Source: an uncultured Methanosarcinales archaeon (GTDB lineage Archaea; Nanobdellota; Nanobdellia; Woesearchaeales; ARS49). From it: a stretch of DNA of 61,498 nucleotides. Where the stretch lies: positions 1 to 61,498 of the forward strand of contig CAYHXI010000001.1 in assembly GCA_964360565.1 (NCBI GenBank), read 5' to 3'. A program made the position numbers and the translations under genes. Position 1 is the first letter of the stretch, and the number at the start of each line of letters is the position of its first letter. Below the pieces are notes generated by a model. The model was given only the letters and a program-made list of their open reading frames with translations, ran no database searches and had not been told where the DNA came from. Positions 25,187-34,511 of the stretch are shown one piece after another.

Positions 25187-26740
25187 CTACGGGTGTGCGT
25201 GATTTTTAAAACTATTGTTAACTCGGTATATTGTTGTATTGTCTTTTTTATATACTTGTGTGATTAATTCTCGTTTCTCTTTAAGTGCGGGCGTAAGGAA
25301 AAGCTCACTGAATGAATTTACAGAGTCTTCTATTATCCAAGTAACGTTATAATTTATTATTGCTTTATGAACTTCAGTTGTGTTGTAAGTTAATGGAACT
25401 CCTATGCTCTTCAAGTTAGAATATAAATAATTTCCTTCAGGATATACTGTCATTACAATTTCATTTTTCTGAGCATTATTTTTAAGCCATAATACCACAT
25501 CAAGGTAAGATTTAGTATTATTATTGTTGGAGTTATTTTGCATTTTGACAAATTCGATAACTCCGAATGATGAGCTAATTAGACCTATACATAGCATAGA
25601 AATTATCATGATTTTTCCAATTCTCTTTCCAAATGATGCCGATAATCCAATAAAAATAAAATTGTAGAGTAATGGTAGCAATACAATCATGTAACGATCT
25701 GCTACTTCAAAATTCATTAGCATAAATATGTATGCTAAACAATAGGCAGCACCGTTAAAAACTTTTTCTTTTAAACTTTGTATTATTCCAATTAGAACTA
25801 ATAGAAAAATCAACAAGGATATTATTTTTTTCAAGAAGCTCAATCCAATGAAGTTAAAAACATTATTTAACACTTCATGATATTGGTAAAAAAATAAAGT
25901 GGGTACTGTGGACATTAATCTGAATGTATTTACTTTATATCTTTGTATTAATTTGTTTAAGCTAATAGAATTATCTATGTTTAATGTTTCTCCGTAAATA
26001 AAATATTCTTTATATGTGTGAATTAAACCCATATGATTGGGAAATTGATTCTTTGTTACGTTAGTTTGGGTGTAAATTGTAGGAATTATGTTGATGCTGA
26101 GAAATATAACCATAATTATGATAAGATTTAAGTTTGATTTGATAAATTTTTTTTTCTCTCTCGCATAACAAATGAGAAATAATAAAAATAATTCTGCTAA
26201 AAGAGTTATTCCTATGGACCTTGTTAGCGTGGCGAAAGAGAGAATCACTCCTGAAACTATGCTAACGTTTCTATTTGTTTTTGCATACTTAATTAATGCT
26301 ATGAACAAAATAGAAAAAAACATATATGGAATATCAGATAGTGGGCTGGTTGAGAGAGAAAGAAAGTAATAATTTAATGCTATATTTATCACAGTTAGAG
26401 TACGGATGTATACATTCCAGTCTTTTAAAAAAAACCAAGTTACTAAGAGTGTTAAACTACCAAAAAAAAGAACTAAAAGCCTGATAGCAATATGTTCAAA
26501 TTCAGGTACTATTAATAACACGATTGCCCATAGATAAGAAAAAAAAGGCGGATAAAAGATGTGTGGAGGATTATTTGGCAAGTATATATCAGTGGGAACT
26601 CCAAATTTGATAATTCCTCTAGCAACAGAAGCATAAACTCCACTGTCTGCTAGGAACACGTTTTGTTCATTCATCAAATTATATCCTAAGTAAATAAAAG
26701 AAAATACTAATACTGTGCTAAGAACAATACGACCAATCAT
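25187..26740 (-). CDS. GT-C-like polytopic membrane glycosyltransferase
   Basis: 517 aa with many TM segments and a C-terminal soluble domain. TTTATAAA box at 26763-26770 lies 22 nt from the start. Confidence 0.55.
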   Translation of the reverse strand: MIGRIVLSTVLVFSFIYLGYNLMNEQNVFLADSGVYASVARGIIKFGVPTDIYLPNNPPHIFYPPFFSYLWAIVLLIVPEFEHIAIRLLVLFFGSLTLLVTWFFLKDWNVYIRTLTVINIALNYYFLSLSTSPLSDIPYMFFSILFIALIKYAKTNRNVSIVSGVILSFATLTRSIGITLLAELFLLFLICYAREKKKFIKSNLNLIIIMVIFLSINIIPTIYTQTNVTKNQFPNHMGLIHTYKEYFIYGETLNIDNSISLNKLIQRYKVNTFRLMSTVPTLFFYQYHEVLNNVFNFIGLSFLKKIISLLIFLLVLIGIIQSLKEKVFNGAAYCLAYIFMLMNFEVADRYMIVLLPLLYNFIFIGLSASFGKRIGKIMIISMLCIGLISSSFGVIEFVKMQNNSNNNNTKSYLDVVLWLKNNAQKNEIVMTVYPEGNYLYSNLKSIGVPLTYNTTEVHKAIINYNVTWIIEDSVNSFSELFLTPALKEKRELITQVYKKDNTTIYRVNNSFKNHAHP

Positions 26741-26775
26741 CGTTTAATGTTTCAGCACAGGATTTATAAAATTTT

Positions 26776-28251
26776 CTAATTGCCTCTCAAATTGTGGTAC
26801 TTTCTCACTATTTTGTTTTTGATGATTTCTATTGCTTCGCGACATTCAAAAAAAGATTGTTTATCGAATAAGAAAGTAAAAGTGCATAATGAGATCGATG
26901 CTATGAACAATAAACAGAATAAATTAAATATGTTTATGTTACCGAATATGAGGTTCTTTAACAAAAGAAGAATAATTATGGTCATGCACGTTATTTTAAC
27001 TGTTGAAAAGAGAGTGCTAAAATATTCTTGCATACTTATTGATAGACTTTTTTTCACATATAGTGCAAAAATAATCGCAGAAGTTAATCTTGCAGATAAA
27101 ACTGCCAATAACACTCCATAAATGCCAAATAGATTTAATCCTGGGATAATGATTGCAATTAATATTAAAAATTCCAATAAAAATATTTTTTTTGTCACTT
27201 TTGGTTTTGATTTACTGAGAACTAGACAACTAGATATAATGCAAAAAGATCTCAATATTGCATATATTAGTAATATTCTTATAAGAAATATAATTGGCGC
27301 CCATTTTTGGGATAAAATTGTTCCAATGAGAGTGTCTGTCAGTGCTATTCCAATACCTGTGAGAGGTAATAATATCAAAAAATTCAAGTGTATTGTTTTT
27401 AGAAACATCATTTTTAGTTCTAAATTGTCTTTGGCTTTTGAGAATATTGGAAACATTGTTCCTGCTATTGAATGAGATATGGAAATGATTGGAATTGAAG
27501 CTAAAGAAAATGCCATGGTGTAAAATCCTAATTGTTCAACTCCTAAGAATTTCGCAACAAAAAGATTATCTACATACAAGATACTTATGCTAAACATGTT
27601 CCCTGCTGCGGTTTCTTTAACAAATATTAAAATGGATTTAAAAATTTTCCAGTCAAAAGTCAATGCAGGCATCCATCGAGTTGAGATTATAAAAGATGCT
27701 AAAAGCACTATGGATTGAATCAATTGCGCCAATAACAAACTCCAAACTCCAAAATCTAATTTAGCTAACGTGATTGCAAGTAAAGCAAAAATAACATTTG
27801 AGAAAATTTCACAAAAAGCTTTCTTTTTGAACAGAAGATTTTTTTGCATATATACTAAATATATTATTGTCGTTGCATAAATAATAAAACTGATTGAATA
27901 AATCTTCAGCAGTGAAGCGAGTTCTGGTTGATTTAAAAAAAAAGATATTTTATCTGCTCCCAAAAAAGAAGATATTGTTAGAACGACTGAAGAGATTAAA
28001 AAAACTACAGATATATTTCCTAAGGCTTTTTCTGAGTCTTGTTTTCTCTGAATTATTTCCTCTCCCCAGCCTAAGTTAAAAAATATGTTTATTATGTTGG
28101 TTATACTGAGTACTGCTGCCATAAGACCAAAGTATTGAGGTAATAATAATCTTGCCAAAATTAACTTAGTCAGTATTTGAATTATTTGGCTAAATGTGTT
28201 ACTTGTACTAGAATATACTATTCCCATCATTGCTATTTCTTTTAAGTTCAT
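26776..28251 (-). CDS. Wzx-like (MOP superfamily) oligo/polysaccharide flippase
   Basis: 491 aa, about 12-14 TM segments, typical polysaccharide-biosynthesis-protein architecture. Confidence 0.7.
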   Translation of the reverse strand: MNLKEIAMMGIVYSSTSNTFSQIIQILTKLILARLLLPQYFGLMAAVLSITNIINIFFNLGWGEEIIQRKQDSEKALGNISVVFLISSVVLTISSFLGADKISFFLNQPELASLLKIYSISFIIYATTIIYLVYMQKNLLFKKKAFCEIFSNVIFALLAITLAKLDFGVWSLLLAQLIQSIVLLASFIISTRWMPALTFDWKIFKSILIFVKETAAGNMFSISILYVDNLFVAKFLGVEQLGFYTMAFSLASIPIISISHSIAGTMFPIFSKAKDNLELKMMFLKTIHLNFLILLPLTGIGIALTDTLIGTILSQKWAPIIFLIRILLIYAILRSFCIISSCLVLSKSKPKVTKKIFLLEFLILIAIIIPGLNLFGIYGVLLAVLSARLTSAIIFALYVKKSLSISMQEYFSTLFSTVKITCMTIIILLLLKNLIFGNINIFNLFCLLFIASISLCTFTFLFDKQSFFECREAIEIIKNKIVRKYHNLRGN

Positions 28252-28400
28252 TTTTTAACTCCCACTAATAACAATTTCTCACTGTATTTTGGAAAGATAA
28301 TATCTTCTTTTTTTTTATTTTTTTGCCAGTTCAAATTGCCAGTAATACTTTGCGTATTGAAATCTACTTTGATACCAGTGATAAGGTCCAGAATACTTGT

Positions 28401-29534
28401 TTATTTTTTCCATTTTGAGTATATATTGATGAAATCTTTTACTGCTCTTTCTGGATTGAATATTTGAATATTATTTAATACATCTTTTATGTTTATTCTT
28501 TCTTTGTGATGAATGGCTTTGACTATTCTTTCTGCCAGTTCTTCAGCAGTATTAAAAACTTGCTCACTTTTAACAAATTCTTTGATTCCACCATTGTTGT
28601 TTACAAATACTTTGCATCCTGCACATAATGCTTCTTGAACACTCAAAGCAGATGGTTCCGGCCACAATGGAGATGCGACAAAGATGTTTGCCTTTTTGTA
28701 TTCATGCATTGTTTCTTTGTGTGTTTTTGGACCGAGAAAAATAACTTTTTTTGTCAAATCAAATATTTTTATCAAATCATCTATTCTTTTCTTATCTGAA
28801 TCGTTTTTATTTTGGTTACTTCCAACAATTTTCAACTTTATTTCTGGCAATGTTTTAGTCACTATATTTACTGTGTTTATCAGTAAATCTATTCCCTTGT
28901 AACGAGCCAGTGAACCAACAAATAAAATTGTTTGTTTTTCTCTTACGTTTCCCTTTTGCTCTAATTCACTCACATCAATCCAAGGGAGGATTTTCATCCA
29001 TTTATTATTGAGAATTGAATTTTTCTCATATTGTTTGATAACGAATTCACTTGGCGCGATTCCAATATCACATTTATTTAAATGATGTTTATTTCTCAAC
29101 GAATTAATGTATGAAATTAAACCTATGCAGCATGAACATTTTAATAAATTAGGTCCTTTACATGGTTTTTTGTCTTTGAATAATTTATTTCTTCTTCCGC
29201 AAAAGCCCCAATAATCGTGAGCGCTAAAGATTATTGGCTTATTTAATTTCTTTGCAGCCATAATCGGTCTAACCGATATAGCCACAAGATTATGAACTTG
29301 AACGATATCAATGTGGTTTCTTGTTATTATATGTTTAGTTATCTTTCCAGAATTCTTAGTATTACATTTATGTATTGTTAATCCATCTGAATTGGGAGAA
29401 TTTGCACTATCGTGCTCAAGTAGATGTATTTTTTCAAAATATCTTTTTCTTAATAATTCTTCTATTAAGAGCTTTATTCTAACTTCCGCACCCCCTCCAA
29501 TAATTCCAGAATCGTTTACGACTAGAAGGTTCAT
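28401..29534 (-). CDS. GT4-family glycosyltransferase
   Basis: GT-B layout; N-terminal GGAEV and C-terminal PEPSALSVQEALCAGCKVFV signature. TATA-like box 29558-29565. Confidence 0.8.
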   Translation of the reverse strand: MNLLVVNDSGIIGGGAEVRIKLLIEELLRKRYFEKIHLLEHDSANSPNSDGLTIHKCNTKNSGKITKHIITRNHIDIVQVHNLVAISVRPIMAAKKLNKPIIFSAHDYWGFCGRRNKLFKDKKPCKGPNLLKCSCCIGLISYINSLRNKHHLNKCDIGIAPSEFVIKQYEKNSILNNKWMKILPWIDVSELEQKGNVREKQTILFVGSLARYKGIDLLINTVNIVTKTLPEIKLKIVGSNQNKNDSDKKRIDDLIKIFDLTKKVIFLGPKTHKETMHEYKKANIFVASPLWPEPSALSVQEALCAGCKVFVNNNGGIKEFVKSEQVFNTAEELAERIVKAIHHKERINIKDVLNNIQIFNPERAVKDFINIYSKWKK

Positions 29535-29576
29535 TTTTTAAATATACTGTGTGCCCCTTTAAAAACCTTGGTGCGC

Positions 29577-31310
29577 TCAGCAAGAAAATATTTGTATTTC
29601 TCCATGTTCATAATTCACTTCTTTTGTCAGATTGCAATTTTGTTTTATCATATTTATTTTTTCTTTATTTACAGGATTCATATCTATAACATATTTTTGT
29701 GGATAATTCAGTAGAATTACAGTTCCGCCATATTTCTTTATTGCCTTTTCTATTTCAGAAATATCTGAATCTAAATCATAATATCCATTTTCATCAGAAC
29801 CTAGCTCTTTGGCATAATTTTTTTCGCGCTCATCAATCACGTTTATGTTAAGAAGCGCTTTTCCAGAATATTTGCTCACATAAAAAGGAATGTCTTCATT
29901 CCAACTATATGTGGGTAATTTTATGTAATTATCTTTTGCATAATTTTCAACCACATTAATGAGTTGTCTGTGAGTATTATCTAAAACTGTGGAAAATAAT
30001 AAAAAAGAATTGAATGAAACTGAAAACAATAAAAAAAGAAGAAAGAATATTTTTTTTTGTTTCACTAAAAAAGAAACGAAAAACAATGCAGATAATATCA
30101 AATAAAATAGCATTATTTTTTGATTTAAAGCTATTATTGGCCCTGAGGCACTTAAATAATACCAGAATGTATCGCTGCTAAGATTTAATAGTGCTGAAAT
30201 ATATCCTATTGTAATGCTAATTGCGCTTACTGATAAAACTGAAGTCAAACTAATATTTACCTCTTTTATTGTTTTAGATGCCACAACTAAAATAGGTATG
30301 AAAATAATTGAGTAATATCTTGCGTAATCTGCAGCCGATTGATGTGGGAGTAAAACAAACAATACAATTAAAAGAAATAGCCAAGGCAACATCCATTTTT
30401 CATTTGAGCTAATGAATTCTTTTAATAACTTGAGGAAATTCAACTGATTCCCTGTTTTAATTTTTATGGCTGAGAACAAGTTGATAATATATAAAATAAG
30501 CGTTCCTACAAATAGTGGTGTTAAAACAACAAAAAGATTGATATAAATTATCGGATTAAATTTTGAGAGAGAAATAAACGAAGGAGACGAATGAAATAGT
30601 ATTTCTTGAGCTGAGTAAATGAATGCTCTGCCTTGAATGTAATAATTTGTTAGCGCCCAAGCAGAGAAAACAAATAAGGAAGTTAGAATAGTCTTGATGA
30701 GCATAACAATGGTTTTTCGAAAATCTTTGCAATAAAAGTAAAACCAGAATGAGAGTGGTAATATAAAAATTAAGAATCTGAACTTGGTCATGACTCCTGC
30801 TGCAAAAAGAAGATAAACTAAAAATTCATTTATTTTAGTTGATTTAGAATTCTTTGGAGTATTAGTGAGATTTAATAGCAGATAAAGTATGCTTAGAATA
30901 AAAAAAACCATTACTGAACCATCGCTATCAACTAAAAAACTCATAAATGCAGGGATAAATGTGATTGAAAATAATACTGTGAAAATTCGATTTATTTTTT
31001 TGTCATTATATATTTTATTCACTATTGCTAATGCTAAGAAAAATATTGTGATGTTAAATATTAATGGGACGAGTCTTAAAGAAAAAGTAGAAATACCTAA
31101 AAAATAGGTACTCATTAAAAAAAATAAAGTGGTTAGTGGAGGATGAGGAATTACTATGAGATTGTTTCCCAGCGAATCATAGTATTTTGCTGAAATACCA
31201 ATGAGTGCACTGTCATCATAAAGAGGAATGAATAAATAGCTTATTCTGAAAATAAGCCCAATTGCTATTAAAGTAAACAAAAGAAGATTAACTGATGTTA
31301 TTTTTTTCAT
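29577..31310 (-). CDS. GT-C-fold membrane glycosyltransferase (ArnT/PMT-like)
   Basis: 577 aa; LYDDSALIG acidic loop after TM1, more than 10 TM segments and a C-terminal soluble domain. Confidence 0.6.
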   Translation of the reverse strand: MKKITSVNLLLFTLIAIGLIFRISYLFIPLYDDSALIGISAKYYDSLGNNLIVIPHPPLTTLFFLMSTYFLGISTFSLRLVPLIFNITIFFLALAIVNKIYNDKKINRIFTVLFSITFIPAFMSFLVDSDGSVMVFFILSILYLLLNLTNTPKNSKSTKINEFLVYLLFAAGVMTKFRFLIFILPLSFWFYFYCKDFRKTIVMLIKTILTSLFVFSAWALTNYYIQGRAFIYSAQEILFHSSPSFISLSKFNPIIYINLFVVLTPLFVGTLILYIINLFSAIKIKTGNQLNFLKLLKEFISSNEKWMLPWLFLLIVLFVLLPHQSAADYARYYSIIFIPILVVASKTIKEVNISLTSVLSVSAISITIGYISALLNLSSDTFWYYLSASGPIIALNQKIMLFYLILSALFFVSFLVKQKKIFFLLFLLFSVSFNSFLLFSTVLDNTHRQLINVVENYAKDNYIKLPTYSWNEDIPFYVSKYSGKALLNINVIDEREKNYAKELGSDENGYYDLDSDISEIEKAIKKYGGTVILLNYPQKYVIDMNPVNKEKINMIKQNCNLTKEVNYEHGEIQIFSC

Positions 31311-31337
31311 TTTAGATGTTGTAAATTAACAAAAATG

Positions 31338-31345
31338 TTTATAAA
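31338..31345. promoter_or_regulatory. single palindromic TATA box (TTTATAAA) between divergent genes
   Basis: 27 nt from the minus-strand start at 31310 and 23 nt from the plus-strand ATG at 31369. Confidence 0.5.
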
Positions 31346-31368
31346 CGTTATGATTTGACGGTCTGTGG

Positions 31369-32094
31369 ATGAAATTATCAATTATAATACCTGCATATAA
31401 TGAAGAAAGAAGTATAAAAAGAATTATACAAAATACTCACAAAATCTTATTGGATTTCTTTGACAAACCAGAAGAGTTTGAAATAGTTGTGATGAACGAT
31501 GGTTCAAAAGATAATACTTTGACGTATTGTGAAGAGTCACAAAAAGAAATAAAAAATCTCAGCATATTTTCTAATCCTATCAATTTTGGAAAGACTTTGA
31601 ATCTCATCAGAGGTTTTGATATTGCCAAAGGAGATTATGTTGGATTTATAGATGCAGATTATCAGTATGATCCTATAGATATTCCTAAATTGTTTGAAAA
31701 AACAAAAGAAGGATACGACATAGTTTGTGGTAATAGAAGTTTGAGAAAAGATTCAATATACCGGAAATTTCTTAGCTTTGGCTTTAATTCATTCAACAGA
31801 TATTTTTTTGGAATTAAAGTTCATGACGTAAATTGTGGACTTAAAATAATAAAGAAAACTTCTTTGCCAAAAATACAAATAAAATACTTGAGAGCAAAAT
31901 GGTTCATAGATACTGAGTTTTTAGTTAGAGCATACGAAAAAAAACTCAAAATAACTGAGCTTCCAATAAATCATTATGATAGACTTGAAGGAGTTTCTAA
32001 AGTCAGTGGTGTTAAACTCGCATTAGAGACTGTATTTTATGGAGTTATGCTTAAGACAGAGCTATTAATTCAAAGAATAAAGAATATATTCTAA
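31369..32094 (+). CDS. GT2 glycosyltransferase, polyprenyl-phosphate sugar synthase-like
   Basis: SIIIPAYNE, MNDGSKD and FIDADYQ motifs. TTTATAAA box at 31338-31345 lies 23 nt before the ATG. Confidence 0.8.
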   Translation: MKLSIIIPAYNEERSIKRIIQNTHKILLDFFDKPEEFEIVVMNDGSKDNTLTYCEESQKEIKNLSIFSNPINFGKTLNLIRGFDIAKGDYVGFIDADYQYDPIDIPKLFEKTKEGYDIVCGNRSLRKDSIYRKFLSFGFNSFNRYFFGIKVHDVNCGLKIIKKTSLPKIQIKYLRAKWFIDTEFLVRAYEKKLKITELPINHYDRLEGVSKVSGVKLALETVFYGVMLKTELLIQRIKNIF

Positions 32095-32099
32095 AAAAA

Positions 32100-32972
32100 A
32101 TGAAAAAAATCTTAGTAACTGGAGGCACGGGCTTCATAGGTGAAAAAGTTGTTGAATTACTTTCTAAAAATAATCTAGTTTTCGTGCTAACCAGAAATCA
32201 TGATTTTAAAGATAGTAAAAATGTCAAATATATTTATGGCGACATTTGCAACGAACAAAAAATCAAAGAAATAGTAATTGGAAAAGACATCATAATTCAC
32301 ATGAGCGGGTCAATAAAAGGTTCTGATGAAGAAATATTCAAAACAAACATAGTTGGAACTGAGAATTTAATTAATGCTTGTAAAAATATAAACATTGAGA
32401 ATTTTGTTTTTATTAGCAGCGATGCTGTTTTTCAGAAGCACAGAAGTGGGTATTCTGAGAGTAAAGTTAAAGGAGAAGAAATAATCAAAAAAATAAAAAA
32501 TCATTGTATTTTAAGACCTGCCATTGTCTATGGTGAAGGAGATAAGATAAATCTTGGTAAAATAATTAACTTTGTTAAAAAATGGCCAGTCATAATTATT
32601 CCTGGTAATGGAAATAATAAAATGCAGCCAATATGTGTGGAGGATGTTGCAAAATATATTTCTATTGCTGCAACATCAAACATTCAAGGAGTTTATACTC
32701 TCGCTGGCTCAGATATTTTGACTTTCAATACTTTTATGGATGAAGCATGTTTAGTGTTGAATAAAAAATTACTAAAAATACATCTTCCTTTATTTTTCAT
32801 AATTCCTTTTGTTTGGCTTGTTGAAAAACTATTCCCTAATTTAGGCGTGAGTATTTCTCAAGTAAAAAATTTGAATTCTGATAGAGTTTATGACATTTCC
32901 GAAACAATAAAAACATTCAAACATGAGCCAATAAAAATAAAAGAAGGATTAAAGAGAACCATAGTACATTAA
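32100..32972 (+). CDS. NAD(P)-dependent epimerase/dehydratase-family SDR
   Basis: VTGGTGFIG Rossmann motif and YSESK. Alignable by eye with 22827-23726. Confidence 0.8.
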   Translation: MKKILVTGGTGFIGEKVVELLSKNNLVFVLTRNHDFKDSKNVKYIYGDICNEQKIKEIVIGKDIIIHMSGSIKGSDEEIFKTNIVGTENLINACKNINIENFVFISSDAVFQKHRSGYSESKVKGEEIIKKIKNHCILRPAIVYGEGDKINLGKIINFVKKWPVIIIPGNGNNKMQPICVEDVAKYISIAATSNIQGVYTLAGSDILTFNTFMDEACLVLNKKLLKIHLPLFFIIPFVWLVEKLFPNLGVSISQVKNLNSDRVYDISETIKTFKHEPIKIKEGLKRTIVH

Positions 32973-34444
32973 AGTTTGGTGTTTTGTCTTTTCTCTCTCG
33001 CAATTTCGAATCCGAACTTTGCCAAAATTTTTGCTTTTGAAAACCAGTTGCCTTTTCTAATCTCTCTGAAAAAGTAAGATGGTCGATAATAAAAGTTTTT
33101 GAATGCGAGAGAGCTTTGTTCTTCAAGATATTTTGGAGTTAATTCGTCATTTATTTGCATAACTGAATAATATCCTCCCAATTTATCATAATTTTCTTCA
33201 ATTATCCATTTGTTTTCTAAAGCGCTTTTGTACATTTTCGTTCCAGGATAAGGAGTTGCTACTTTGTATTCTGCATGACTAGGATTTAATTTCAAACTAA
33301 AATCAATAGTCTTTTTCAGAGTTTCTCTAGTCGAGCCTGGAAGACCCAATATAAAGAAGCAGGTTGTTCTTATACCTATTTTTTCTAAATAATTAACTGT
33401 CTTTTTTATAATGTCAGTATTTATAGGTATTCTAACGTTTTTCAGCACTTCCACATTCACATCTTCAATTCCCATATTTATAGCGGAACATCCCGCGAGT
33501 TTAAGTTTATCCATTAATTCTTCATCCAATAATTCAGGTCTAGTTTCTAATGCAAAATCAAGTTTAATTCCTCGCGCAATCATCAAATCACATATTTTCA
33601 TCGTTCTTTGTTTGTCTAGTGTAAACAGTGGGTCTCTGAAAAAAACACCTTTAAAGCCATATTTCTCATAATCTAAAGCCAGTTCTTCTACAACATTTTC
33701 CGGCGAACGCGCTCTCCATTTCAATCCTTGATTCTCAGTGTAAGAACAATAATGACAACCATAAGGACACCCTCTTGTTGAAATCAATGTTGCAACAGGT
33801 TCTTTTAGAATCAGTGGATAATATCTGTATTTTTTATAAGGAAACAAATCCCATTTTGGAAAAGGTAGCGCATCTAAATCTGTTCCAATTAAAAAAGGAG
33901 TATTTGAATTTGTAACTAATTTTCCTTCTTTAACATAAGATATTCCTGCAATATCTTTTAAGTCTTTATTTCTGCATATCTCTAAGAGACATTTCTCCAC
34001 CTCTCCACTTATGCAAATATCAAAAGGAGGTGAAATCAAATGAGGCATATACGGTAATGTTTCTCCAACAGTTATTATCTTACAATTTGGAACTATTTTC
34101 TTAATTCCTGCAGCAACAACATCTTTCTCAAACAAAATTCCTGAAGAAGAAACGGGCATCACTAAAAAATCAGGGTTGAAAAGAGATATTTCTTTAAATG
34201 TGACTGCAAGATTTTTTCCTTCATTCATAGAATCTATTACTTTTACTTCATGCTCTTGACTAGCAATTGTTGCAGCATAAACCAATTGAGTCACTGGAAT
34301 CCTTATAAACTTACTTTTAAAATCACTCAAAAGTTTTGCAAAAAGATCTTTACCAAAATTAATTCTCTGTCCCATACCTCCCATCTGATCCCTATTCAAA
34401 TAATTATTATCAGAAGCGGGTGGATTTAGCACTAAAACTCTCAT
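32969..34444 (-). CDS. B12-binding-domain radical SAM enzyme (class B), paralog of 23723-25180
   Basis: STRGCPYGCHYCSY cluster motif. Shared blocks FPKWDLFPY, NQGLKWRARS, ETRPELL and ATPYPGTK. TATA-like box 34468-34475. Confidence 0.85.
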   Translation of the reverse strand: MRVLVLNPPASDNNYLNRDQMGGMGQRINFGKDLFAKLLSDFKSKFIRIPVTQLVYAATIASQEHEVKVIDSMNEGKNLAVTFKEISLFNPDFLVMPVSSSGILFEKDVVAAGIKKIVPNCKIITVGETLPYMPHLISPPFDICISGEVEKCLLEICRNKDLKDIAGISYVKEGKLVTNSNTPFLIGTDLDALPFPKWDLFPYKKYRYYPLILKEPVATLISTRGCPYGCHYCSYTENQGLKWRARSPENVVEELALDYEKYGFKGVFFRDPLFTLDKQRTMKICDLMIARGIKLDFALETRPELLDEELMDKLKLAGCSAINMGIEDVNVEVLKNVRIPINTDIIKKTVNYLEKIGIRTTCFFILGLPGSTRETLKKTIDFSLKLNPSHAEYKVATPYPGTKMYKSALENKWIIEENYDKLGGYYSVMQINDELTPKYLEEQSSLAFKNFYYRPSYFFREIRKGNWFSKAKILAKFGFEIAREKRQNTKL

Positions 34445-34511
34445 TCAAATCTATCTTTTAAGTAAGATATTTAAATCTTGTTAAAATATTGTTTTGATTA
34501 AGAATGATTTT

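Noticed and set aside
28248-28403. Alternative genetic code as the explanation for the open frame after TAA
   Set aside because: TAA, TAG and TGA all terminate well-supported genes at sensible lengths throughout the window, so a global reassignment is not supported.
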